A stretch of DNA of 64,000 bases from Blepharisma stoltei ATCC 30299 (taxonomy: Eukaryota; Protista; Ciliophora): positions 868,001-932,000 of the forward strand of contig CBFDEM010000020.1 in NCBI GenBank assembly GCA_965603825.1, given 5' to 3'. Made by a program: the position numbers and the translations under genes. Each line of letters begins with the position of its first letter. Position 1 is the first letter of the stretch. A model generated the notes under the pieces. It did not search any database. It was not told the DNA's origin and worked only from the letters and a program-made list of their open reading frames with translations. This document shows positions 23,450 to 36,492 of this stretch, in pieces.

Positions 23450-26384
23450 ATGCTTATTTGGCTGCTTTTAAGCTTTATTCCCTTATCCTTCCAATTTGAG
23501 TGTGGTGTCGGCCCAGATTGGAAACCAGACATAAAACAGTATCCACACCAAGGCCGCCGTTTAGAAACTGGCTTAGACCGTGGCACCACATTTGAGCCTA
23601 TTCGCATTCATTTTGACTACAGCAACCTCACCTTAACTTCTACAGAATTAGATACTCTTAGAGACGAAATAATTCCATCAATCCAGCACTGGTTCCAAAC
23701 CGTTTTAAAAGTAAACCCACTTCTTGGCAGTTTACAAGTCCCTCAAGAGGATTGCAATGAAATACCGATTCCGGAATCCCACAAAACTGAAGGAATTGCC
23801 AATACAGATTTTGCAGTTTATTTATCCAATATAAATGAAACTGAAAGCAGTATAATTGCTTATGCTGGGCCATGCTTGCAAGACTCAGGAGGAAGATATA
23901 ATGTTTTGGCGGGGTCTTTTACTATAAATACAGCAATATTCAACACCTTGCCAAAACACCAAGCAATTGCAGTTGCAATTCATGAATTGACCCATGCCTT
24001 AGTATTTTCTCCTGATCTTTATACCAAATTTGTGAAGGCAGACGGAAGCCATTATGAAGAAAATGAACTTTATCAAGAAGTTTTCTATGAAAATCGAGGA
24101 AAATCTGCTATTTTAATAACTCTGCCAACTGTAGCTGAAAAGGCTAAAGAAATTTATGGTTGCAGTAGTATCCCAGGGCTGGAGCTTGAAGACTATGGAA
24201 GTGGTTCTGCAGGCGCGCACTGGGAAATGAAAATTGTTGCCGAAGACTATATGGTTTCTGTGCTGCCTGATTTCCCTGCTTACTCAAACTTGACTTTAGC
24301 TCTATTCCAAGACTCTGGCTGGTATAAGGTCGATTTCAGCTATGCCCAGTCTATTATTATAGGAAATAACGAAGGCTGTGAAAGATTTGAAGACAAATGC
24401 ATAGCTAATGGCAAAGCCCAGCCTGGGTTTTGCACTGAGTCTAAAGAGATGTGTGACTATACTAGAACTAATATAGGAATTTGCGGAATATACAATTATA
24501 GTAGCGAATTACCGACACAATACCAATATTTTGATGACCCTTATAAGGCTGGAATGCCATATCCTGATGGTTGTCCTATAATTATTTCAGATGTTAAAAA
24601 TTGTAGAGATCCAGATGCTAGCGCCGATAGTTCTTTTGGGGAAATTGTTGGGGAACAAAGTAGGTGCTTTGAAGCGTCTTTAGTTTTGGACACTCTAAAT
24701 AAAGAATCTGAGATTTGGCCAACGTGCTATAAAGTAGTCAGCTGTGAGGAAGATAAAGTTGTGGTGGGCGTTGGGGATCAAACTGTAGATTGTCCATTTA
24801 GTGGAGGGGATGTGACAGTCCCTGGGTATGATGGAGTTCTCACATGCCCGGATTCGAGTATTTGTAAAGGTATTGTTCCTTGTATAAATAGCTGTTATGG
24901 ACAAGGAAAATGCCCTAAAGGAACTTGTATATGTGATCCTGGATTCGGAGGAAAAGACTGTAGCATAATTTGTGGATCAACATGCAAATCATGTGATGAT
25001 AAATCTTCATGCGCTTCTTGCTACTCTACTGCTACACTTGCAGATGGAATTTGTTCATGTCCTGATGGTTCAACTTGGGATGATATTCAAAAAGTTTGTA
25101 TGCCAGGCTCGATAACTGGATGCCCTAAAGAATGCAATGGTTGTGCTGATGATTTAAATTGTGCAGCCTGCTATGATTCCATGACTTTAAATGATAAAAA
25201 TTTATGTGAATGCCCAAGTGGGAAAGCATTTAGCACAGACTCCAACAGTTGCAAAACAATCGAAGGATGTCCAGACTCCTGCAATGGATGTGACACACCT
25301 CAAACCTGCTTATCTTGCTATGATACAGCCACTTTACAAAATGGTGAGTGCTTCTGTCCAGAAGGGCATTACTTTATCTCAGACACCAATGTTTGCCAAG
25401 CTTATTTAACTGAAGGCTGCAGCGCAGGTTGCGAGTACTGCAAATCTTCCAGTGAGTGTGTAAGATGCAGTGATGAAAATGCTGTACTTTATAACGGAGA
25501 ATGCAAATGCAAAATTGGGTATTTTCCTGATGAAGCATTAGGGTCAGCTCAATGTAACAGTAATTTCTAAATAGAATGCAATGATGGCTGCTATAGCTGT
25601 GAGTCATTGACTACTTGCAAATATTGTGATGATGTTCTTGGAGTTATCCAGGATGATGGCACATGCATATGCAAAGATGGCTATTGAAATGATAGCGATA
25701 ACACGACTTTAAGCTGTTATGGTAACATCTATTTAGAATGCAGGACTGGCTGCAAAATTTGTGATGGCTATTTTGAATGTAATGAATGTATGGATTCAAT
25801 GATGACTCTAAATGATGGCGTCTGCGAATGCCCTAATGGAATGTTTATAAATGACACAGATAGTACCAATATTAAATGTTCACGTAATATATAATTTAGC
25901 TTGCAATGAAAGATGCGAAAGTTGCTATGATGAGTATTATTGCAAAGATTGTAAAGAAGGCTACGTTTTGCAAAACGGCCAATGTATTTGCGGAGTTGGA
26001 TATTATGATTATTATGACGGAAATACAGCAATTTGCAAATGTAAAAAATATTTAGCTTGTACTGATCCTTGCGATGAAACCTGTGGGGCAAATGCACCAT
26101 GTACTAAATGTGCAAGTACATCAGTTATTACTGATGATAAGTGTGAAGATATAAGCATTGGGTTCAAGTCAAGCTTCAAGAATGGGGTTATCACTCTTTT
26201 GTTCTCAAATCTTAACTATTATTTGACTAAGCAGAACTTCATCGTGAAATCCAACAATGGCACTTTATATGACACTGAATACTGGTGGGTTGAGCGTTAT
26301 AGCGATAATATTTACAAAATTCATACAGATTTAACAAGCAGTGATTTACCATTAACAGTGACCCTTGATTTTAACAGGTATTAA
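23450..26384 (+). CDS. Leishmanolysin/GP63 (M8) metalloprotease 3 (~957 aa; introns 25560-25574, 25722-25736, 25884-25899, 26041-26055)
   Basis: Close paralog of 19537..22474; HELTH, GAHWE. The first intron contains an in-frame TAA. One TGA=Trp near 25685. Confidence 0.9.
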
Positions 26385-27036
26385 CCTTATTCTTAAGATT
26401 TTAGTTAAAACATTATAAATTGAAATTTAATTAAATATAAGTATATGCAATATATGAATGATCATTTTTATTGCATTTTATGATAAATAAAAGCTAATAA
26501 CCAATATTTTAGATTTAATTTTTCTAAAATATTCGAAATGGATTCTGTTATAATATATACTTATAGAATATGACCAATTTGCTGCTGGTTTATTTATTGT
26601 CTTTGAGTAATCAACTCTCTATTATTATTTATATTAGACTATAGTTGCATAAATATAAAGTAAACATAGAAAAAGATTTAAATAGCAAGCATTTATTTAG
26701 ATAGCAAATTATCTTGAAGATTTGATAGTAATAAGAAATAAAAATAATATGCTTTACAGCAATTTTCTATTATTTAGATGCATAAAGCATTAAAAAAATT
26801 ATTATAAATTATAATTACTTTAAATTTCTAAATAGTTAAAATACTGCATAAATATATATATTAAAATTTAAAATTTTTATCTAAAATCCCGGAATAGTCT
26901 GTCTACTTTTTATTAAAAATGAAATATGATTAAAATACTTTATTAATCTATTTCCACTTTTATATAGTGTTAATATAACTACCCTATATATTCTATATTT
27001 TCTTTTAATTTAAATATCCATAAACAGTTGCTAAAC

Positions 27037-30000
27037 ATGCTTATTTGACTGATCAGTTTTATTGGGATTTCTAGTTCTTTTCTATGTGGGGTGAATCAAA
27101 GCTGAAAACCAAATATTCAGGGAAACACTTACCCTGGTCGGAGCCTTGCATCATCTATTACCCGAGGTTCTTCTCTCAGCCCGATTCGTATTTATTACGA
27201 GTATTTGGATTTAGGGATGAACTCTACTCAAGAAGACCAGTTTAAAAACGAGGTAATGTCAGCTGCTGACAATTTCTTTACAAATGCTTTATCTGTTTAC
27301 CCTGTTTCAGAAACACTACTTATCACAATTTCAGATTGCAATGGAGCTCAGGTTCCGTCAGACCATAAGAAAATTGGGGTCGATGCTGATTATGTTCTTT
27401 ATATATATGGAAATAGAAGCTCTGAAAGTTTTATAGCAAGAGCTGGGGCATGCGCGCGAGAGACGGGAGGGAAAAATAACCCTGTTGCAGGATCTTTTGA
27501 AATAAATTTAGATCTTTTTTGGAATTACGAAGTGTATGATCAAATTATATTAGCAATCCATGAAATGACTCACGCATTAGTTTTTAGTGACAGCTTATAT
27601 ACACATTATGTAAAATCAGATGGAACTCAATATGCTTCTGATGAAGTCACAACAAGCATTAAGTATGAAAACCGAGGAAAGAATGTTACAGCAATTGTCT
27701 TACCCACTGTTTTAGCTAAAGCAAAATCAATATTTAACTGTGACAGCTTAAAAGGAGTAGAACTTGAGGATTATGGAGACTCTGGGTCAGCTGGGTCTCA
27801 TTGAGATATGAGAATTTTGCCCGGAGATTACATGTCTCCGACACTTTCATTTGAATCAGTCCTCAGCGATATCACATTAGCTCTTTTCCAAGATTCAGGA
27901 TGGTATACAGTTAATTTTGACTATGCCCAGAAAACTATCTGGGGAAATGGCGAAGGCTGTGACTGATTTGAAGAAAAATGTATAGAAGACGGCTCAGCCA
28001 AATTCCCTGGGTTCTGCACAGTAAATGATCAAAAAGGCTGTGATGTTTTTCATCTCTCCTCAGCACTATGTGCGCAGAGTGATAAATATCCAGATATTCA
28101 TAAATATGAGCAATATTTCAGTGACCCTAAAATAGGCGGAATAAACCCATTTGCTGACTATTGTCCTTATATGTATGCATACTCAAATAAACATTGTAGA
28201 GAAACTACAGCAATGTCCCAGCCTCTTTATTATGGAGAAAAAGTAGGATTTAGCAGTAGGTGTATAGAATCAACATTATTAAATAAAACCAATGTCTATC
28301 ATGGAGCAATGCAAGGCATTTGCTATGAAGTGTTAAGCTGTACGTCTACATATGCTGTTATTCAGGTAGGCAGCGAGACTACAAAATGTCCTTTTTCTGG
28401 TGGAAATGTAACTGTAGATGGATATAATGGAGTTTTAATTTGCCCAGACTCGAACATTTTGTGTAGAGAAGCACCATGTTTGCATGCATGCAGAGGGCAA
28501 GGGAAATGTGTAGATGGCGTTTGTAATTGTAATAGTGGGTTTGGAGGAGATGATTGTGAGGTAATCTGCAATGCTAGGTGCTTGACATGCACTTCTGATG
28601 GAGCAAGCTGTGCTTCGTGCTATTCGAATGCGACTTTAAGCAAAGGGGATTGCGTATGTGATGATGGATATGTTTTGGATACTAGCTCAAAATCTTGTGT
28701 AAAAGGAGCCATCTGTTTAAGTGGATGCAAAACTTGTTTCACTTCAAGCGACTATAATTGTGAAACTTGCAAATCTGGAACTTATCTACTTTATAATTAC
28801 TGTTCTGAAAAATGTCCTTATGGTTTTAAAGCAAGTAAAAATTCTTGTGTCCCAGAAAGCTCAGAAGTTTTTGATGCTATTTTTGATCTTTGGAAAAATT
28901 CTTACCCAAGTGATAATTCTGATTTAACTTTATATTTTGGGTCATCTTCTGCATTCATGCCAAATCCTGATGCAAATGATCCAATTTTAATGTATAACCA
29001 AGGATTATTTTACACAGGAAAATCTTACGCACTGTTTTCACCAAATCCTGATAGCTCAAAACATATTATTTTATCTCCATCACATTCAGCTTCATTTTGG
29101 ATACGGCCAAATAATTTATCTGACCAAACAATCCTTCATAAATTCTCTGGAAATTCTACTATAGAACTAAAAATTGTAAATAAAATATTGACACTAGATA
29201 TTTTATTAACAAATATTGAAGACTCTTCTTCTAATTCCAAAACAGAAACTTACACAGTTACCAATGGAAATGTTACATCAGAAGCATGGCAAATGATAGC
29301 ATATTTTATTAAGTATGACACCACGACCTTTTCAACAGCAGTCTCTTTGCAAGTAAATTCTGATATACAAACAAATACAATTGCAAATGCAATATTTTTG
29401 GATTCAGGATCTGAAACTGATGACAAGTTTGTACTTGGAGCAAAATATTCAGCCAAAAATTATCAAAATTATTATGCAGGCTTTATAGCATCAGCAAAAA
29501 TCTATAACACAGAAAAAGCTCCCAGCTATTCATCAAGCTTATCTTTATCATCAAGTGTTACTTTGACAAACTGCAATTGAAATCAATGCTATGAAAATGA
29601 TACCTGCCATGATTGTTTATCCACATGCACTTATGGATGCTTAAGAACCACTGACTGTGTCTTAAGTCTTGATGCAAATTGTGCAGATCCTACTGGATTT
29701 GACACATGCGATGAAGGAAGCTCTTGTGATATGGGCTCATACCCAATTATCACTATGTGCATTATTGTATTTTTGTGGACTATTATGTGCTTTATTTTCC
29801 TATTACTTGATCGAAAAGCCCCAGATGATCCTGACGAGTTATTCAAATCAAACTGCGTAAGATTCTTCAGATACCATTTATTTATAAGCCAATTTCTAAG
29901 GCAGCCTTCTGTAAAGCGGTCACAGATGACTTTAGAGCTAATGACTGTTTTATTAGTAGAATTAGCCGTTATTGGAGCAATGCATTACCAATTTGATAAC

Positions 30001-30423
30001 GCGACTTCTTCAGGCAAAGATGGAAATTTTGAAGAATTAGCCAAAAGTTATGATGGAGAAGACATATTAAAAGCTGTTATTGGAATAATTTGTGGAGAAG
30101 TAGTAGCTTTTCTTCTTGGAATTTTAAATACTTTTCCTATATGTATTTCGATTCCAAGGATAGTGTCGACTATCATAAGCATAGGGCTAAGCATACTTTC
30201 TGTCGTTGTGGTTATTTATTTAGATGTTGATTTTTGTGCAGAGTATTCTGCTAAATGGATAGTTAATTTTGTTATTGTGGCATTTTTTGAACTATTTGTG
30301 TGTGAATTGCTAATTGCTATACTATTTTTCACGTGTTTTAAGATTAAAACTGCAAGCGAGGCCCCACCCTCGGCAAGAGAGTCGAATATGAAGGGGTATG
30401 GAGAGCCTTCCAAACAGGTTTAG
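27037..30423 (+). CDS. Leishmanolysin/GP63 (M8) metalloprotease 4 fused to a LamG/ConA-like domain and a multipass membrane region (1128 aa)
   Basis: One frame when TGA=Trp (MLIW, QSWKP, GSHWDM, CDWFE, NCNWNQ). HEMTH zinc motif, Cys repeats, a beta-rich SASFWIRP...WQMIA...FVLGA...YAGFI segment, then about five hydrophobic helices. Confidence 0.85.
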
Positions 30424-30486
30424 ATTTATTAATTTATTATTTTACATTTAATTGGACTTATTATGTAAATAATTTATAAAATAGAA

Positions 30487-31974
30487 TTATATGTCTCCCA
30501 AAGACAAATAAATGATAATGAGCACCAAAATTGCAGATACAGCAGCAACACTAAATACCAACGTTCCCCAAGCAGTTTTTACATCATTAAATTTCGTATC
30601 ATAGCCTCCTTGATTTGGTACCAATTTTCTCGTTGCAATCGCTGAAAGCGGGATAAAAATTCCAGACACCAAAATCGATATAATCCCTTTGAATGCTGAA
30701 ATATAGCTTAAATCATAAAAAATCCCTGCAATTACAACAGGTGGAAGGGAACAAATTAGCCTATAAAATGTCAATTGTCGACATGTAAGCTCTCTTTCCC
30801 CAAAGTGGCTGTGAAAAACGCTTGTAAGATTATCACACAAATTTATTGCGCAAATTGGAAAAATTGACATAGCATCAATAGCTGGGCATATAACGATAAA
30901 TCCAGCTATAATATAAGCCCACGTAGGCCTTTCTGATGGGTTATCTCCAGCGGAATAGTCATACCAATTTAGGTTGATCATTTTCTCTACATTTTCAACA
31001 GCAAAAGGTACAATTAATCCAATACACAAAAATAATAATGACACTATAGACAGCGACAAAAAGCATATCTTAGGAGCTGTTTCTCGTTTATCCTTAACAT
31101 ACTGTATACACGTCGGAATAGCGCTATGAAAATACGTCGACATAAGAACTATCGGAAAGCAAAGCCCAATATAATAAAAGTCCATAGTATCAGGATCAGC
31201 TTCATTGGCGCCTGTGTCATCTAATTTTGTGTCAGAAAAAATTGCATACCATGACGTTACTAATATAGTAATATAAGCTATTAATCTTATAGAACACATG
31301 GCGATCTGTAGCACTGCTTGCTTAACTAGACCTAAAACTGTCAAAGATGTAGTCACCGCAGCAAAAAATGCTAAAAAAATCCAATACTTTGCCCTGCAGT
31401 CGCCATCGAAATCTGAGTCATCATAAATATTGCAGGTATCATGATAAATCGGCAAATATTTTATTGCGGAAGAGGCAAATACTGTGGCGAGGCCGATAAG
31501 TGTCCCATAAAAGCCGAGAAATATGATAACTGTAAAAAGGACGCCAATTCTGTATCCAAATAAAGTTATTACGATTTCACAAAAATCATAGCGTTTATTG
31601 TCTATATAAGGTAATAGGTCTTCAGGCTCTATAAGATATTGCTCTTCTGCATTTTCTTGAGGAGGAATTAAAAAGTCTTTAGGGTTTACTTTTTTAGTTA
31701 ATTGGTTTGGCTTTAATGGTTTAATTATATATCCACGGTCTTTTAGCTCATAGAGAACACTCATGCGACTTAATGTTTGTAATACTTGAAAAACGAGTAA
31801 AGAGGAATAAATATAAACGATAAAAGCTGATAAAATACCTATTGATCAGCCTGCTTTTGAATAGGCTCATGGGAGACTTAAGACCCCTATTCCTACTTGG
31901 GTATTTAAGATATAGAAAAAGCCTACAATTCATTTTTGATCACATTCACCTTCAAGATCGTGTCCTTTACCCAT
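30487..31974 (-). CDS. Amino acid transporter (Aa_trans/AAAP family, TMEM104-like), 495 aa
   Basis: Extending through three TGA codons gives MGKGH...FYILNTQVGIGVLSLPW(TGA)AYSKAGW(TGA)SIG, the canonical Aa_trans N-terminal motif; about 11 TM helices. Confidence 0.87.
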
Positions 31975-32277
31975 TTATAAGCAATTTCATTATTGGAAAA
32001 CGGATTTTTTCAAAAATATGTAACACGCTTATATTAATTTTTAACAAAAAGCATATCATTACATTATAATAATATCTAATAAGCATCATGAACAGTTTAT
32101 TTTTAATACATCAGAAAATGAATTCGAAAAATAGCAAAAAATCTGGTCTAACAGAAAGTTTTGAAGAGATTGCGCGATTTGCTTATTTATTCTGAAATTT
32201 CTGATAAAAATAGACTCAATATTCACTGAAAATAGTGTTTGTTGGCTTAATGATAATGGGGAGAACTTAATAAAATT

Positions 32278-32925
32278 ATGAACTTGGGCTTGCCCAAACT
32301 AAGCTTCGGCTTATGTTTATTACTTGTTTGTGTGTTGTCGAAAGAAGAACCAGAACCTATCAATGAATCAGAATTTCACGATGAAATTGCAATGTCTCAG
32401 ACTCGGACAAAATGAACCGCATGCATGTCACTGGCTGCAGCCAAACTCGATCAGGATGCCCGTGAGATAGACACTATCGCTTCAGACAATAAAGTGAATA
32501 GAACTCTTTTGGAAAAAAAGATTGTGGCTGATATCATTGGGAAATGCTATGACGTATTAACTTGAAAGCAAGCAGAAAATATTTTGTTCTTAGAAGAAAT
32601 TGATTTAAACAGAAATGACATTAAGGCTTTGGTTACATTGGAGAAAAACTCGTATAAAGGTGATTTATCACTTTCAATGTCTCAAAAAGAGCTCATTGGC
32701 ATGATCGCAAAAGTAATTTTTATTTAGGATATGCACACCACTGATGACGGATTTGATTTTGAACCCACTTATGTGCCTGGGTATGAAGAAACGGCTAAAT
32801 CCAGTAAGTCATTATCAACATATGGTGGAATCATCTTTTCTTTCGTAATAATTTGGGTGGCGGTTCAAGCCATCAGTTTCTTTACGAGCAAAAAGGCTGA
32901 CTCCGATAAGCCAAAGACGACTTAA
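32278..32925 (+). CDS. Hypothetical type I membrane protein (~210 aa; 15-nt intron 32713-32727)
   Basis: Signal peptide MNLGLPKLSFGLCLLLVCVLS, two TGA=Trp, intron GTAATTTTTATTTAG with in-frame TAG, C-terminal TM helix and short basic tail. Confidence 0.75.
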
Positions 32926-32937
32926 CTTAAACGTCAT

Positions 32938-34686
32938 TTAGAAAAATAAATATAACAGAGTTATAACAATTAATTTCTCGGAATTTACAGAAAATGATAC
33001 CTTTGGAGACTCTACACAGATTTTTTTATAGTAGCTAAACTCAGTCCCAGGTCTGCACGAGCAAGCGCCATCAATTAAGTCAGCACCTTCTCAGCAAGAA
33101 CTGCAATTAAATTTTCCAGGCCCTTTACATGATTTACAAGTTAATTCGCAACCAGGGGTGCAATCATCTCCTTCAAATCCTTGATTACAATGGCATTTCC
33201 CATTTATGCATTTACCTTGGCCACTACAAGCATGAAAGCAAGGCTTTTCACTACAGAGAACGTCACTATTAGGACAGATTAAGACCCCATTATAGCCTTT
33301 TATCGTAATATTACCCCCATCAAATGGGCAATTAACTTCTTGATCCCCTACTCTGAGCGTAGCATACGTATAAGTACAATTAATGACTTCATAGCAGTTT
33401 CCTTTAATTTCAGGGCTGAACTTGTATTTTTTATTCAGCAGGGTCGACTCAACACATCTGCTATTTACCCCTACACTTTCCCCATAATATTTTGGATACG
33501 AAAGTGACGATAATTCTCTGCATTTTCGATTGCTAAAAGGGTACATGTAAGGACAAAAATCTGCATAAGAAACTGAGCCACCTAAATCAGGGTCATTAAA
33601 ATACTGTTCATTTGTAGGAATATTATTAACAAGTTTTGAAGCGCAAAAAGATTCTGAAAGATGATAAACGTCACAGCCAGTCCTGTTACTTGGCTTGCAA
33701 AACCCTGAAAATTTAGGATTTTCATCACGAAAGCATTTATCTTCAAGCCATTCACATCCTGCTTTGTGTCCTCATAAGATCTGCTGGGAATAGTCAAAAT
33801 TGACATCATATCAGCCAGAGTCTTGAAATAGGGCTAAAGTTATAGCAGAAAAGACTGATTCAAAGGAAAGCTGAGGAGACATGTAATCTCCAGGCAAAAT
33901 TCTCATATCTCAATGAGAGCCAGCTGACCCTGAACCTCCATAGTCTTCTAGCTCAATCCCTTCAAGGTTTTCACAGCCAAAAATTTCTCTAGCTTTGGAA
34001 ACGACTGTAGGTAAAGTCAATACTGTCACTCATTTTTCTCTATTGGGAAAATAAATTTCTTTAGTTATTTCGTCATCAGAATAAGGCAACCCATTTGGCT
34101 TTTTAAAAAGGTCAAATAATTCTGGGGCGAAAGCAAGAGCATGAGTGATTTCATGGATAGAAACCATAATTTGGTCTTGCAGAGGAAGCTTTAAAAATGA
34201 ATTTAAATTTACTTCAAAAGATCCTGCTAATACATTATTTGGACTATTTGCTTGATGTGCACAAGCGCCACCTCTAGCTATATACTCAGTTCCAGAATTA
34301 TTTGTTGCATGAATATAGAGTATAAAATCTACTGGTAAGCCTTCATTTTTATGGTCCTGAGGAATCTGAATGCCATTGCATTTATTTATTTTTAATGATA
34401 AATTGTCAATAAGTGGATATACTGATAAAAGGTTGGAAAATCAATTGAAGCAAGCTGTCATTACTTGGTATTTAAAAATATTTTCTTCAGTTTGGTTCAT
34501 ATATAATTCTGAATATTCAAAATGCAAGCGAATAGAAGAAAGTGTTGTGCCCCGAAGCGATTTATCTTGAAGTTCTCGGCCTATATGAACATTTGGCTCA
34601 AGGGTAGGAGATCAGTCAGAACCAACACCACATTTTACCGTGTATGCTAAAGTTAATAGCAAATTATAGGCCAGAAATTTGACCAT
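32938..34686 (-). CDS. Leishmanolysin/GP63 (M8) metalloprotease 5, short form with hydrophobic (GPI-like) C-terminus (582 aa, 7 TGA=Trp)
   Basis: Manual translation: [25 protein letters not shown]..., [46 protein letters not shown], ending [12 protein letters not shown]. Mostly missed by the ORF track. Confidence 0.9.
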
Positions 34687-34942
34687 TTTTATCAAATATA
34701 TTTAGTACAGATATAAAATAATGGCTTGAGTTTGAAGCTGCTAAATTTTCAAAAAATATTAATTTTGCCTTAAATTTGTAGGCATTTTGTATTTTTCATT
34801 ATTACAGTATTATTGCAAATGAGACGTGCATGTGTTATTGAACTCATCTAAAAATAATAGCTTGTGCTGTCAATTATAAAAGTAAACATAAAAATTTTGG
34901 TCAAATCTAATTTGACTATATATAAATTCTAGTAATTAAAAT

Positions 34943-36454
34943 ATGAAAAGACCATCATCTTTATCACTAGACCCAGGCGTCTCTTCAAAGCCAAAATTTG
35001 AAAGCCTTGAGTTTATTGACGGAGATGATCCTTTTCAGACACATTATTCTCACCGCTCTTCTACTTCATCAAAATCTACCTGCCTTCTATCTTCCCGAGA
35101 GCTAGCTTTATCAAATGTTAGCACCCCCCTTATCAAGCCACAAATTCACAAAAAATTATTACACACAGACTCCTCGTCCTCATATCTCGACCTTTTAGGC
35201 AATTATCTTGATGTCTTCTTTACCCTTTCTTCCTCTTACTTTGAAGAATATCAAAATGCTTATATCCTTCACATATTGAATCACTTATACAAAACAAAAA
35301 CACAAATCACCAAAAATGATCAGCTCCCTGATCCAGTTAAAGACCAAGGATTTTCTCCCACAAAAATATTAGTGTTGTTTCCTTATAAAAAAAATGCAAA
35401 AGTTTTTATTGAAAAATTGGTGGAAATTCATTGCAAAGGCAAGAAGAAAAAAATGACAAAATCATCAAGAAGGAAATTTACTGAGGTTTTTGAAGAAGCT
35501 GAAGACGCAGAGGTTTCTGATGCGTTTAAGTTAGGGGTGGTGCTAGGAGATAAAAGAGAATTGCAGCTATTTACACCTTTTAAGGCTTCTGATATGATTA
35601 TTGCTAGTCCTATGTCGCTTAGGCAAGCAATATTAAACGAAAGTGAAGACGAAAACGCAAAAGAAAACTTAGGAATTTTATGCTCAATTGAAATGGTAGT
35701 CATGGAAAATTCTGAAGTATTCCTAATGCAAAATTGGGACCACATAGAAACTATTTTTAAAGCCATGAATCGAATCCCTGACAGAGATTCTATGACAGCT
35801 GACATAAACCGCATAAGGGATCCTTTTATTGAAGAAAAAAGCAAAGAATACCGCCAATTGATAATTTTCTCAGAATTTATATCCCCTTTGCTTTTATCTC
35901 TATTTAACAGGAATGAAAATTATAAAGGAAAGGCAAAAACAATTGACCATTATCCAGGAGTAAACCAATATGACGTCGTCCAAAAATACAGAAAATTCAG
36001 GGCAAGCTCACAGCTTTCAGCAGCCGACGAAAGATTCGAATATTTCACACAAAATTTGTGGCCGAACATAAAAGAAGATCTATACCCAAAATCAATTTTA
36101 TTTGTAGCAAGCTATTTTGAGTATATAAGGGTTAAAGCTTATCTTGAAGAAAATGACCCAGGAGTGCTGTGCATAAGTGAATACACACAAAAATCAGACA
36201 AACAAAGGTCAATTGCAAACTGAAAAAATGGGAAAAATAAAGCCATTTGTGTGACTGAAAGATTTTTATATTTCAGACCACAGAAATTTGATGATATAGG
36301 TCATTTGGTGTTTTATTCATTACCAGAGTTTAATAATTTTTATGAAGAATTTGCAAGGGAAAGCAAAGAAGTGATATCAGTTTATTGCAAATTTGATGGG
36401 TACTCGCTACAGAGAATCGTTGGAGACAAAAAGGCAGGGCAACTATTAAAATAA
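34943..36454 (+). CDS. UTP25: U3 snoRNA-associated protein 25 (UTP25/DEF), 503 aa
   Basis: Y.LHILNH, KDQGFSPTKILVLFP, SDMIIASPMSLR, MQNWDH, SYFEYIRVKAYL, ISEYT, TERFLYFR; one TGA at 36221. Confidence 0.9.
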
Positions 36455-36492
36455 TGCAGATTTTTCAATTTTAAATGATTTTTAAATAGATT

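Noticed and set aside
31842-32069. 75-aa plus-strand ORF
   Set aside because: Overlaps the true 5' end of the minus-strand transporter.
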